From the NCBI GenBank assembly GCA_963705295.1, contig OY970065.1:1824001-1888000 (forward strand): DNA of 64,000 bases. Direction: 5' to 3'. The notes under the pieces are model-generated. The model did no database searches. It saw nothing but the letters and a program-made list of their open reading frames with translations, and was not told the DNA's origin. The translations under genes were made by a program, and so were the position numbers. Positions within the stretch are counted from its first letter, which is position 1. Every line of letters begins with the position of its first letter. Of the stretch, positions 38,301 to 46,929 are shown piece after piece. The DNA comes from Parachlamydiales bacterium. GTDB lineage: Bacteria; Chlamydiota; Chlamydiia; Chlamydiales; Rhabdochlamydiaceae.

Positions 38301-41300
38301 TTAAAAGAGAATAATTTTGGAGAATTTAGCAAATGGAGGGATGAACTTCATGTTGATATTGTAGGTCTGGATCAACCCTTACCAGCTATTTTGTATATCT
38401 ATCTCAACTTTTTGGAAGAACTAGAAGATGCACTGAGAAATTCAGTACGTTCTCAATCTGGAGATAAGAGCAAATATATTATTCAAGCTCTTAAAAAAGC
38501 TTATCCTACTTCAGAAAAAGAAATTTTCGAACGATGGTTAAATAGAAACAAAATTCCTAAAAGAGATTTTGAAAATTATTGTGTTGTTTTACAGCGGCTA
38601 AATCTCATAGTACAAAATGAGAATGAAATTCTGTCCATTTTCCAAACCATTTATAACATTAAAAGTCTGTATGCCTCTGATGAAGATTGGATTGTTAAAT
38701 TCCCCTTAAGCAGAGTTGATATCTGTTTAAACGTTCTTTCTCTAGACGAAAGAAGACAGCTTGCCAGCGCCCTTTCCCTCCTAAACGGGGCAAAGTATAA
38801 TATTGTCTCCAAGGATGCCTTAAGCGCTTTCAGACGACTCCTGTTAGAAGATACAGACAATCATCAAAAAGATTTAGATTTGCTCTCTGATGCCCATATA
38901 GTCGCAGAAGCTAATAAGAAATTTCAGAGACTAAGAAAAGAAGAGGAAAGGATCGCCTTCAGAGAAGAGTTGCAAAGAAAATACCACGATAGATCAAAAT
39001 TCCTAGAAACACTTTTTCCCATTTTACTGAAAGATTACGCGGCAGAAAATAGAAAACGAAACTTTTGGGAAGACCTAATAAGTGTGTTATTTCCAGATAT
39101 TTCAGGCGCCGAAGTTTCAACAAACATGCGTCGCATCGCCCATAGTTTTATATGGGGTCTCAGGCAAATAAGTCCCGAGATTTTCTCTCAATTGTTTAGT
39201 GAGGATGGTAGTTTAATAGGAGCTAAAAAATATAACCGTCATGTCGTTAATCCTGTGTATCATCTTGATCCTTCAATACCGGTTGGTCATGTCAAATTTT
39301 TCCCTGATTCTCCTGGTATTCAGGAAGCTGCTAGAATTGTTAGTGTTTTAGTCGAAAGTCCCATTCCTAACTCTGAGTTGTTAAAATTCCCAGCCTCCAC
39401 AGCCGGTCAGCAAGATGACTATCCCGTTCTTCTCAGCGAGCATAATGCAGGGCGATCACTTTTGGAAATTTGGAATCGAAATGAAAAAATAAAATTACAT
39501 TCTGCATCTTTTACCCGCGAATTTCTGCGTGTTTTATTAACGAGAGACCAAGATGGTCTACCGTCAAATTATAATCTCGATGAGGTTGAAAATTCCGGAA
39601 CCTACCGCTTGGTTTGCATTGAAGATGAAGCAGCTTTTGGAGATGTCGTATTGAAAGAAGGAAATGACCTCAAGCTCATGCTTGTGAGTGCCGTCTTGTG
39701 TTGTGATGAAATGAATCAACCTATTGATCCATCAGTACGTGCTTTTATTTTATCTCTCGATATCTTTAATTTCGTTAATCATTTCATTACAGATATTTCT
39801 CACTACAACAGCAAATTATCACAAACAGACAAAGGCTCTTGTTTCTTCGATCGAGCGGCGTGTGAATTTTGGGCAAAGCATAAAGATCATCCCGTGGCCA
39901 TAGCTTTCCCTTTCCTAGATGATAAGTTGGTAAGAGAAATGATAAGGGTCCTTTCGAAACTTCAGGAGCTCGTAGCCGCTCATCCACTTATCACTCATAT
40001 ACAAATCTTAAAAGCCATTTATCCAGAGTTAATTCCTTACTATGCCTCTGTACTAAAAGAAGCCATTAGTCCTAGAGAAAGGTTCGATAAGGTTCTAAAA
40101 AAGGGTCGTGGGAGTGAATGTTTGAAGGTCCATGGATCTTACATATCGACTCGGAATAATACGCAAATTTATTTATCGTATTTTGGCCATGTCCCCAATA
40201 CAAAGGAATTGACAAGACCCGAGGCTTTAGCTGGGGCCGTGGCTAAAGATGCCCTACTCAGTATTGAGAAACAACTAGAGGTCTTAAAACCCGTAAGGGT
40301 CGGTTTAGAACGAGGAGATAGCTCCGCCTTTAAACTACTACCCAACATTGATTTAAAAGAGAAGGTCTTAAATGGTATTCAAGGTTCTTGGCCGCCGCTC
40401 AAACTATCAAAACTCTCCCCTCAAATTCGAAGAGACGTCTTCCAAGTCTTGCTGGTAGGCGGATTTCATGTGTTAGATTTTTCTGATTGCTCTGACATAA
40501 CGACAGACGAGATCAAAGAAATTTTGAACAAAAATCCAGACTTGAGATCATTAAACCTCGCTTGCTGTCATCAATTAGATATTCCCCAGCTTGTACCCGT
40601 GATAGCTTCCGCGTGCCCTAACCTGGAAATGCTAAGATTAAGTATGCTGAACATGAGATATTTAGATTATGCAGGCGAGGTCCCTAAAAAAGAAAGATTA
40701 CGCGGACGACGCAATCCAATCAATCATGCATTTATACAGCGATGCTTCAATACTCTTGATTTATCTCAACCTTTTCAAACACCTTTGATGCTGCAATCTT
40801 CGGCTCCTTCGATGATAGACACTTGGCGGAGTGGGCCACTGTTCATTTTTAGAAATTTGAAGCACTTATACATCGATAATTGTACAAACTTGGAAAGTGT
40901 TGCTTTGGTTGCCCCTTCACTCGTACGATTACATGCTCGCGGCTGCACTTCTCTACAGAATTTAAAAATACTTACATTTCAGCAAAGCACCGCTTCGTTT
41001 GAAAATAGTAGATATTGTTTTGGGAATCCTTTTATTCCAGAACACGTTGAATTAAGTTGCTATGATAATCTTGGATCGCTTCCCCATTCACCGTCAATTT
41101 ATGCCCAGACAAAAGTCGATTCAATTAATCTCCATTTAGGCGAGGAAAAAATAACTTCCCTTGATTTATATATCTTTAACTATATGATTTCCTGGTTCCA
41201 TCCAATCGAAATTCGACTTATTGGCATTGCTAATCAAAATTACAATAATGAACTTTTGGAAAGTCTTTTCGCTTTACTGCAAAAATCAAAGCTAAAGGTC

Positions 41301-41585
41301 TCTTTTGATGAGTTAGACCCGTTCAACACTAGACAAGTCAGATTTCAAGAACTGCGTGAAAGGGAAATAGAACTGTCTCATCAAATAGACTTTTTTAATA
41401 AAGCAGCTCAAAAAGGATTTGCCGATGCCCAATATTGTTTAGGGCTATATTACAACAACCACCCAAATTTTCCAAATGCGAGAACTGCAGCAGTTAAATG
41501 GTTTTCTGAAGCTGCTAAGCAAGGACATGCTCGAGCTCAATCAGCTCTCCGTCGTTTTGATAAACAAGCTGAACTGTTAAATTAA
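35361..41585 (+). CDS. 2074-aa multidomain protein: atypical (PI3/4-kinase-like) domain, Cys-containing LRRs and a C-terminal Sel1 repeat; candidate effector
   Basis: HVKFFP..PG..EA, DQDG.PSNY, LVCIEDE.AF; LDFSDCSDIT, LRSLNLACCHQL, LKHLYIDNCTNL; AQYCLG.YY......AVKWF..AA.QGH..AQ..L. Confidence 0.6.
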   Translation: MASETPSHLARKNHFNCFDYGKALQNLGESHENVDPEIGPFGLTFLGINKMGAFKRLIDEFETIFIEAVSGSGELRSQLQANYTPERAFQIYKENKDLFQRLSGSAYWYIQTSLKLASEIFWKALSVPESNKEKLHELQIKWLLHAEWAHLSTPNLLKARELLQKIKAYAEEAKKELEWTEGKRNFNPFHISEIAVPKIPYLSNPRSVKNPLHTPSLFPQFSEKYQIYISSLISQISRVNKSLAEAMLVRLELASESEDLQSDDVLFGCVKKIQSLVDPNSFGKLGLPVDKPRKTLNREAFQVFPLHILEFSDEVTKARLNNLKWMRVENGIPCRPSSNDSNQLCLTSAFKNLLIDIPSYVHPYDLALFNIGIHNIQSWNQRIFGGSASLDFKQIDFSTLNQFFLNVFSFIQKAALQTQPNNGWARLLGAKLVQALDFANRFLIFIRTRENTLNLNISSDYALLIAGIRDFCDFVTSNINNEPEKNKAIIKIFEETRESLIHEFFGLLRAQKISDVGMLENCLDLLRSCIAADHRNHVGVIQKLLFDKNISSITLQDIRKALESRAFNLPKEKIYSEIKLLLETAYLLRNKKFSPALVHIFQAFDLEFETSLVKTLTRDSEVRIKASIALLENVDFQLPLAYADILDALTFLSSINFHERILFNFIDHYLKHFKGEDFKALDMLLLVNSEDRVKAYSRSRLQYLLLNDPSSIIDDATKQEFERIFQRFPTLRAELSVDVTPLLEGFIQDLPRQIEENMQLPENEIPLFKANRLTPEQALEIVRFFLPSKQTPYLEKIDQPFYSYIEAVITGSAAEELIDKFLNLVLFNFRSFPASENFRKEVRKLLEIVVSRPWTPFGHQLCIHFDVEPPYKILNRSRVQILRMLLNDKAVGSKKLRDLEKLTPGLKGISEFYGCENTEKVLDLIEQFLQYPIYHSNTFDLLQIHLSVTSETSSQKFDFLSAQFKQLLQFQTKTRATLKALKENNFGEFSKWRDELHVDIVGLDQPLPAILYIYLNFLEELEDALRNSVRSQSGDKSKYIIQALKKAYPTSEKEIFERWLNRNKIPKRDFENYCVVLQRLNLIVQNENEILSIFQTIYNIKSLYASDEDWIVKFPLSRVDICLNVLSLDERRQLASALSLLNGAKYNIVSKDALSAFRRLLLEDTDNHQKDLDLLSDAHIVAEANKKFQRLRKEEERIAFREELQRKYHDRSKFLETLFPILLKDYAAENRKRNFWEDLISVLFPDISGAEVSTNMRRIAHSFIWGLRQISPEIFSQLFSEDGSLIGAKKYNRHVVNPVYHLDPSIPVGHVKFFPDSPGIQEAARIVSVLVESPIPNSELLKFPASTAGQQDDYPVLLSEHNAGRSLLEIWNRNEKIKLHSASFTREFLRVLLTRDQDGLPSNYNLDEVENSGTYRLVCIEDEAAFGDVVLKEGNDLKLMLVSAVLCCDEMNQPIDPSVRAFILSLDIFNFVNHFITDISHYNSKLSQTDKGSCFFDRAACEFWAKHKDHPVAIAFPFLDDKLVREMIRVLSKLQELVAAHPLITHIQILKAIYPELIPYYASVLKEAISPRERFDKVLKKGRGSECLKVHGSYISTRNNTQIYLSYFGHVPNTKELTRPEALAGAVAKDALLSIEKQLEVLKPVRVGLERGDSSAFKLLPNIDLKEKVLNGIQGSWPPLKLSKLSPQIRRDVFQVLLVGGFHVLDFSDCSDITTDEIKEILNKNPDLRSLNLACCHQLDIPQLVPVIASACPNLEMLRLSMLNMRYLDYAGEVPKKERLRGRRNPINHAFIQRCFNTLDLSQPFQTPLMLQSSAPSMIDTWRSGPLFIFRNLKHLYIDNCTNLESVALVAPSLVRLHARGCTSLQNLKILTFQQSTASFENSRYCFGNPFIPEHVELSCYDNLGSLPHSPSIYAQTKVDSINLHLGEEKITSLDLYIFNYMISWFHPIEIRLIGIANQNYNNELLESLFALLQKSKLKVSFDELDPFNTRQVRFQELREREIELSHQIDFFNKAAQKGFADAQYCLGLYYNNHPNFPNARTAAVKWFSEAAKQGHARAQSALRRFDKQAELLN

Positions 41586-41594
41586 GTCTCGTAG

Positions 41595-41623
41595 TTGCCA
41601 CGATCTGGAAGATGGCTTAGAGT
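41595..41623 (+). promoter_or_regulatory. Putative sigma66/70 promoter for umuDC (leaderless)
   Basis: TTGCCA-N17-TAGAGT, then 6 nt to the ATG at 41630. Confidence 0.45.
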
Positions 41624-41629
41624 AAAGGT

Positions 41630-42031
41630 ATGGTTAAGCTATCGTTCTTTTTGGCGCCGGTGCAGGCGGGGTTTCCGTCGCCGGCGGATGATTATGTGGA
41701 GAAGAAGCTCGATTTGAATGAGTTGCTGGTGACCCATCCGGCTGCGACTTTTTTTGTGAGGGTGGAGGGACATTCGATGCGAGATGCTCAGATTTATGAT
41801 GGGGATGTGCTCATTGTCGATCGGTCGCTGCAGGCTGAAAGCGGATCGATTGTGGTGGCGATTTTGAGTGGTGAATTTACGGTTAAACGGCTGCAGAAGA
41901 AAAAAGACCGGCTGTTTTTGGTGGCCGAGAATCCAACGTTTGCTCCGCTGGAGATTTTACCAGAAATGGATTTTCAAGTATGGGGTGTTGTAACGTATGT
42001 CATCCACAAAGTACGCGTTAATCGATTGTAA
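41630..42031 (+). CDS. umuD: DNA polymerase V subunit UmuD (S24 peptidase)
   Basis: [36 protein letters not shown]. Confidence 0.93.
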   Translation: MVKLSFFLAPVQAGFPSPADDYVEKKLDLNELLVTHPAATFFVRVEGHSMRDAQIYDGDVLIVDRSLQAESGSIVVAILSGEFTVKRLQKKKDRLFLVAENPTFAPLEILPEMDFQVWGVVTYVIHKVRVNRL

Positions 42032-43220
42032 TAATTTCTACGTTTCGTGCGAGCGGGTCTTTAATCCTAAATTAAGAAATCGGCCTGTCGTGATTTTGTC
42101 GAATAATGATGGGATCGTGATTGCCCGCTCTAAAGAAGCAAAAACTTTAGGGATCCCGATGGGTGCTGCTGCTTTCCAATGCAAAGAGATTTTTATAAAA
42201 CAGAGCGTGGTTGTTCGCTCTTCTAACTACACGCTGTACGGCGACATGTCGGAAAGGGTGATGATGATTTTGGAAGATTTTGGATTTCCGATCGAAGTTT
42301 ATTCGATCGATGAAGCTTTCTTAGAAATTCCGACCGATATCGAGCAGCACTTTGCTTCGCGGGTTCGGGCCCTGGTTCACCAATGGACGGGGATTCCTAT
42401 TTCGATCGGGATTGGAATCACCAAAACGTTGGCTAAAGTCGGAAGCGATCTTGCCAAAAAAAGAGATGACGGGGTGTTTGATTTTCACGACTCTAGCCAA
42501 GTTTTTGATACTCTTCCGGTGCAAGAGATCTGGGGAATCGGAGCGCGCATTGGCGCCTCTTTAAACCGGGTAGGGATTCACACCGTCCGGGAGTTGATCG
42601 AGTGCAACGACAGCTGGATTCAAAAATATTTCTCCGTAGCACTTCTCCGCACTGTTTTGGAACTCCGAGGGGTGAATTGTTTTGCTTTAGAAGAAATTCC
42701 CCCTCCAAAAAAAGGGATTATTTCTTCCCGTTCGTTTGGCCATGTTGTCACTTCGTTTGACGAACTCAAACAAGCTGTTGCTACGTTTACAGCCATTGCA
42801 GCCGAACGACTCCGCGCGCAGTGCTCGCTGGTTTCTCATCTGGGAGTTTTTGTCGTGGGAAAAGATCGATTCAGCCGCTCAGCAACGTGCTCTCTCCCTT
42901 TTCCAACGGCCTATACTCCTTACCTCATCACGCATGCTCACCGGCTTCTCTCTGAACTCCACCGCGAAGGAAACGGATACCGGAAAGCCGGCGTGGTTTT
43001 TAATAATCTCCTCTTTGAAAGTGAAACCCAGCTCGATCTCTTTCAAAACACCAAATCGACCGACTTTATCCATCTCGTCGATGCCATTAACCGAAAAAAA
43101 AATAAACGGGCTGTTTTCTTTGCTGCGGAAGGAATGTCGCCCTCTTGGAAACCGGTCTCCGCTTCTTGCTCCAAACATTTCACAACCCAGTGGAATGAAC
43201 TTTTAACTATTCGTATTTAA
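41997..43220 (+). CDS. umuC: Y-family DNA polymerase V subunit UmuC
   Basis: [56 protein letters not shown]-terminal S..FTT.W.EL. Confidence 0.95.
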   Translation: MSSTKYALIDCNNFYVSCERVFNPKLRNRPVVILSNNDGIVIARSKEAKTLGIPMGAAAFQCKEIFIKQSVVVRSSNYTLYGDMSERVMMILEDFGFPIEVYSIDEAFLEIPTDIEQHFASRVRALVHQWTGIPISIGIGITKTLAKVGSDLAKKRDDGVFDFHDSSQVFDTLPVQEIWGIGARIGASLNRVGIHTVRELIECNDSWIQKYFSVALLRTVLELRGVNCFALEEIPPPKKGIISSRSFGHVVTSFDELKQAVATFTAIAAERLRAQCSLVSHLGVFVVGKDRFSRSATCSLPFPTAYTPYLITHAHRLLSELHREGNGYRKAGVVFNNLLFESETQLDLFQNTKSTDFIHLVDAINRKKNKRAVFFAAEGMSPSWKPVSASCSKHFTTQWNELLTIRI

Positions 43221-43246
43221 ATCAATTCGATATAAAATTAAATAAT

Positions 43247-44221
43247 ATGAACATTGCAGTCATTGGGGCCTCTGGCCATGTTGGAAATAATTTGTGTCGA
43301 GCACTTTTGCAAAAAGATTATAAAGTCAAAGCTTTAATCCACGTTCACTCGAATGCACTGGAACGTCTCGAGATGGAAAAAATGCGCGGCGATATTCTCG
43401 ACACCTCCGATCTCAGAAAATTTCTCCAGGGAGTCGATGTTGTCTTCCATGCTGCAGGCAAAATCTCGATCGATGGAGATAAAGATGGAAGTGTTAGAGC
43501 GGTCAATGTGACGGGAACAAAAAATATCGTCGAAGCGTGTTTGACGACCAATGTGAAAAGGCTTGTCTATTTTAGTTCGATCAATGCTCTTCAACAACAA
43601 CCTCGTGAAGAACTCGATGAAAATCGCCCCTTTGTCGGAGAAGAAGGTTTTTTACACGACGTTGCAAAATCGGATGCTGAAAAAGAAGTGATGAAAGGAG
43701 TGGCTCAAGGGCTCGATGCCGTTATTTTGAATCCGACTTCTGCCGTTGGACCGTACGATTTTCAACCGTCTCTCATGGGTCAAGGGCTCATGGCTCTTTA
43801 TAACCGGAAAATTCCTACCCTCATCGATGGTGGATTTGATTGGATTGATATCCGAGACCTCTCAAAAGCTGCTATCGCAGCAATGGAAAAAGGGAAATCG
43901 GGCGAACGGTATGTCATTTCTGGAATGTGGAAAACCGTTAAAGAATTAGCCTTTTTAGTACAAGAAATCACCGGACGGCCAGCTCCCCGCTTCACATCTC
44001 CTCTTTGGCTGGCTCGCATGGGAGTTCCCATTGCCAAAGCTTATAGTTTTTTCACGCATACCCCTATGCTGTATACCAATGAAACCTTAGATGTCCTTGT
44101 CCGTTGCAATCGAAATATCAGCTCGCTCAAAGCGAAAAGAGAACTCGGATTTTATCCCCGGCCTCTTTCAGAAACCTTAAAAGATACCTTCGAATGGTTT
44201 AAACAAGTGGGGATGATTTGA
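43247..44221 (+). CDS. Extended SDR / NAD-dependent epimerase (dihydroflavonol reductase / HpnA / 3beta-HSD-like)
   Basis: IGASGHVG, GDI.D, FHAAG, VNV.GT.N, Y.SS, NPT..VGP.D; active-site motif reads HDVAK. Confidence 0.85.
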   Translation: MNIAVIGASGHVGNNLCRALLQKDYKVKALIHVHSNALERLEMEKMRGDILDTSDLRKFLQGVDVVFHAAGKISIDGDKDGSVRAVNVTGTKNIVEACLTTNVKRLVYFSSINALQQQPREELDENRPFVGEEGFLHDVAKSDAEKEVMKGVAQGLDAVILNPTSAVGPYDFQPSLMGQGLMALYNRKIPTLIDGGFDWIDIRDLSKAAIAAMEKGKSGERYVISGMWKTVKELAFLVQEITGRPAPRFTSPLWLARMGVPIAKAYSFFTHTPMLYTNETLDVLVRCNRNISSLKAKRELGFYPRPLSETLKDTFEWFKQVGMI

Positions 44222-45240
44222 AAAAGATAGTGATACTCTTATTTGCGATTTTTCCACTGCTCGCATCGACGACCCATTTTCAAGAATGGGTCAAAACAAC
44301 ATCAACCGATTTAAAAGATAAAGGCGAAATAGTTCGAACGTGGATCGGTCCCGTTCAATATGTGTGGATCGGAGATCGAAACAATCCTGTTGTCCTTTGC
44401 ATCCAAGGAGCCTATGGAGGATGGGATCAATCTCTTTTAATCGGGGAAAATTTGCTCGATCAAGGCTTTTCAGTTTTGGCTATTTCTAGGCCTGGATATC
44501 TCGGTTCAAAGTTCATTTCATCGGAGATCTTATCGAATGAGGATCAGGCCCGTGCCATGATCGATGTTCTCGATGCGCTCTCTATCGAGCAGGCGGCTGT
44601 GATAGGGTTTTCTGCAGGTGCTCCGGTCGCCTTCCAAATCGCCAAAATGTTCCCCAAGCGAGTATCACGACTGGTCTTAGAGTCTGTAGGAAAGCCCGAA
44701 AACGATATCCCTTTCTATCATTTTTTAAATGCCTTGGTGAGCTACAAGCTGACAACACGCGATGTTTCCACGATCGATTTTGAAACCTACATGCTCCAGC
44801 TCACCGTCCATTCCGACTTTCGCTCGACAGCTCAAAAAATCCTTGCTATGGATAACTGTTTACCTAAAGATCAACTGGGTAAACGGATTGATTTTGTCCT
44901 AAAAGATAAAAAACAAAAGAGATTTTTAAAAAAACTGATCTTTTCTTGGATGCCTTTATCGACGAGGATCGATGGGATCCAAAACGACCTCATTGCAACA
45001 AATCTAGAGAGTTGGCCTAGACGGTCTCGTTTTTATAAACAATTTGAAACCCCAACCGTCATCGTTCAGGCCGTTAATGATTCTAAAGATAATTATGCTC
45101 TAGCCAAATACCTGCATTCTCAAATATACGATTCAGAATTGATCTCGGTCGAAGGGTGCGGCCACTTTATTTGGCTCGGACCCAACACCGAAGCCTGGGA
45201 AAGTCGCGTGGTTAACTTTTTAAAGCAGCACGTAAACTGA
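44218..45240 (+). CDS. Exported alpha/beta hydrolase
   Basis: Signal-peptide-like N-terminus, QGA.GG.DQ, SRPGYLGS, GFSAG, GCGH. Confidence 0.85.
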   Translation: MKKIVILLFAIFPLLASTTHFQEWVKTTSTDLKDKGEIVRTWIGPVQYVWIGDRNNPVVLCIQGAYGGWDQSLLIGENLLDQGFSVLAISRPGYLGSKFISSEILSNEDQARAMIDVLDALSIEQAAVIGFSAGAPVAFQIAKMFPKRVSRLVLESVGKPENDIPFYHFLNALVSYKLTTRDVSTIDFETYMLQLTVHSDFRSTAQKILAMDNCLPKDQLGKRIDFVLKDKKQKRFLKKLIFSWMPLSTRIDGIQNDLIATNLESWPRRSRFYKQFETPTVIVQAVNDSKDNYALAKYLHSQIYDSELISVEGCGHFIWLGPNTEAWESRVVNFLKQHVN

Positions 45241-45514
45241 GAAGTTGAGTTTCCAAAAGATATGTCGAGGAGACGGAAGAAGATGTCTGCGGGGCGGTTG
45301 GCTGAAAGCAAAGTTTTACGTACCTTTCGTAAGATGTTTCAACCTTTGTTTCAACCAGAGGAATTAGTTCCATGTCAGCAAGTGGCTGAGGTTGAGGAGC
45401 TTGGATTTTCTTTGCAAAGAGCTCTTGAATCAGTTTCCGAATAGCATTAACAATATAATCAACAGTGGTGTTAATTACTGCTAGCGAATCATAAGCAATC
45501 TTGTTAATCATCAT
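45212..45514 (-). CDS. Hypothetical protein
   Basis: GGAGG SD upstream and an AT-rich promoter region; no motif recognised. Confidence 0.5.
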   Translation of the reverse strand: MMINKIAYDSLAVINTTVDYIVNAIRKLIQELFAKKIQAPQPQPLADMELIPLVETKVETSYERYVKLCFQPTAPQTSSSVSSTYLLETQLLSLRAALKS

Positions 45515-45599
45515 AATTCCTCCGATTGCTTTTAATTATATAACAATCGTTAATAATAGTAAACTATTAACTATATGTAAGTTAAAATTTTAACTATGT

Positions 45600-45730
45600 A
45601 GGAGAACAGGATATGCAGGATCGCCCCGAAGAAAAGAAAAGATAGGGGCGGCAGGATGGGCATGATAGGAAGGCATCTTTTCATCCTGGATATCGTGTCG
45701 CCGAAGGCATCATGCAGATCATGTTTTCCT
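45600..45730. repeat. Second, diverged copy-pair of the 4912-5018 palindrome unit
   Basis: AGGAGAACAGGATATGCAGGATCGCC matches the reverse complement of ~4936-4962 with one mismatch; the second arm TCATCCTGGATATCGTGTCGCCGAAGGCATCATGCAGATCATGTTTTCCT resembles 4912-4962. Confidence 0.85.
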
Positions 45731-45746
45731 GATGTTCCTAATGCAT

Positions 45747-46832
45747 CTAACTATATACATGGGGGAGTTTCCAGTATGGGTGGGAAAGGTCTTTTTCGTA
45801 GGTCTTAGTCTCATCATTATAGATCCTTACAGGGCCAATGTCCTCTCCGTACCTTTCTTGGAGGTATTTCTTGGTTTGATTGGGAACGTAGACTTCGATC
45901 CCGTCGAAATTTGCTTTTTTGAGGGGGAAAATGGTGTCAAAGGCGGTGGGGACTTTAAATCGGCTTTCGCGGATTTTCCAAGTATCGGCCATAAAAGAAC
46001 TGACCTCGTTGGAAAGAACAAAGGTTAAAGTCTTTTCTTTAGGATCGATTTTGAAAAAGTAGATATCGAGGTGATTCCGGTTTTCTGGAATATAAACACG
46101 TACGTAAGTTTTTGGTCTAGATCGGTTGGACCAATCTTGCACATGATATTTTGTCTTATCGAGTTCATTGAGGGCTCGCATCACATTGTCGAAGTCAGGA
46201 AGGAGGACTGCCAGATCGACATCGATATCCCATGGAATCGCTCCGCCGTATCGATAAGCTCCTAGACAGGTCCCGCAGTCAATCCAGAAAGGGATGTTTT
46301 TTTCTTTAAAGATTTTAACGATATTTCGGAGCAGTTCTTTTTCGTGCGGAAGGACATTTTCATCGCCAGGCCTTCTCTTATGTTCGGGAGGGGCAATAAA
46401 TTCCATCGGAGTTGAGATATTGAGTCCGAGGGACTGGTAATAATCTAGATTGGATGCCACTTGTTTCGATTCGAGGGAGGTGACAAGATGGTGATGCCGC
46501 TCTCTTGTCGATGAGGAAAAATACCCTATTCCTTTAACAAGAGATCCGAGGGGTAGTGCAAGGGGAAGGCTGAGAATCGATGCAGTACTCTTTAAAGGAT
46601 AGTGATTTTGGTAGTCGAACCGTTGTTGAAAATGGTACTGCCCTTCCTCTAATGAGGCGACTTTTCCAGCGAAAACATAGTGCATCGGAGACAGAAGTAT
46701 ATTCCCGGCTTTTTCTAAACCGGTTGCATCTTCCGCTGCAGTGTTGAGAAAAACATTACTACAAATTAAATGGTAGGCTGTGACAACAGGCATTCCAAAA
46801 TAAATGAAACCTTGAATCAATTTATCCCACAT
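45747..46832 (-). CDS. LicD/fukutin-family nucleotidyltransferase-fold protein with an N-terminal extension
   Basis: FWIDCGTCLGAYR.GG.IPWD.DVD, LDIY, IFPLK...F.G.....P......L...YG. Confidence 0.88.
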   Translation of the reverse strand: MWDKLIQGFIYFGMPVVTAYHLICSNVFLNTAAEDATGLEKAGNILLSPMHYVFAGKVASLEEGQYHFQQRFDYQNHYPLKSTASILSLPLALPLGSLVKGIGYFSSSTRERHHHLVTSLESKQVASNLDYYQSLGLNISTPMEFIAPPEHKRRPGDENVLPHEKELLRNIVKIFKEKNIPFWIDCGTCLGAYRYGGAIPWDIDVDLAVLLPDFDNVMRALNELDKTKYHVQDWSNRSRPKTYVRVYIPENRNHLDIYFFKIDPKEKTLTFVLSNEVSSFMADTWKIRESRFKVPTAFDTIFPLKKANFDGIEVYVPNQTKKYLQERYGEDIGPVRIYNDETKTYEKDLSHPYWKLPHVYS

Positions 46833-46929
46833 AAAAATCTCCGAATACTTATGCTATACAAAATCTTGGGATCTTCTGTCTACATAAAATCATTTTGCTT
46901 TTTGTTCGGGGTTTTGTTAAGGAAAGAAT

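Noticed and set aside
30500..45500. tRNA-anchored genomic island covering the accessory genes
   Set aside because: The accessory genes lie 5' of the tRNAs, and I found no duplicated tRNA end and no integrase.
45581..45594. Perfect 14-bp palindrome GTTAAAATTTTAAC
   Set aside because: Lies in very AT-rich DNA where such palindromes arise easily; no second copy seen.
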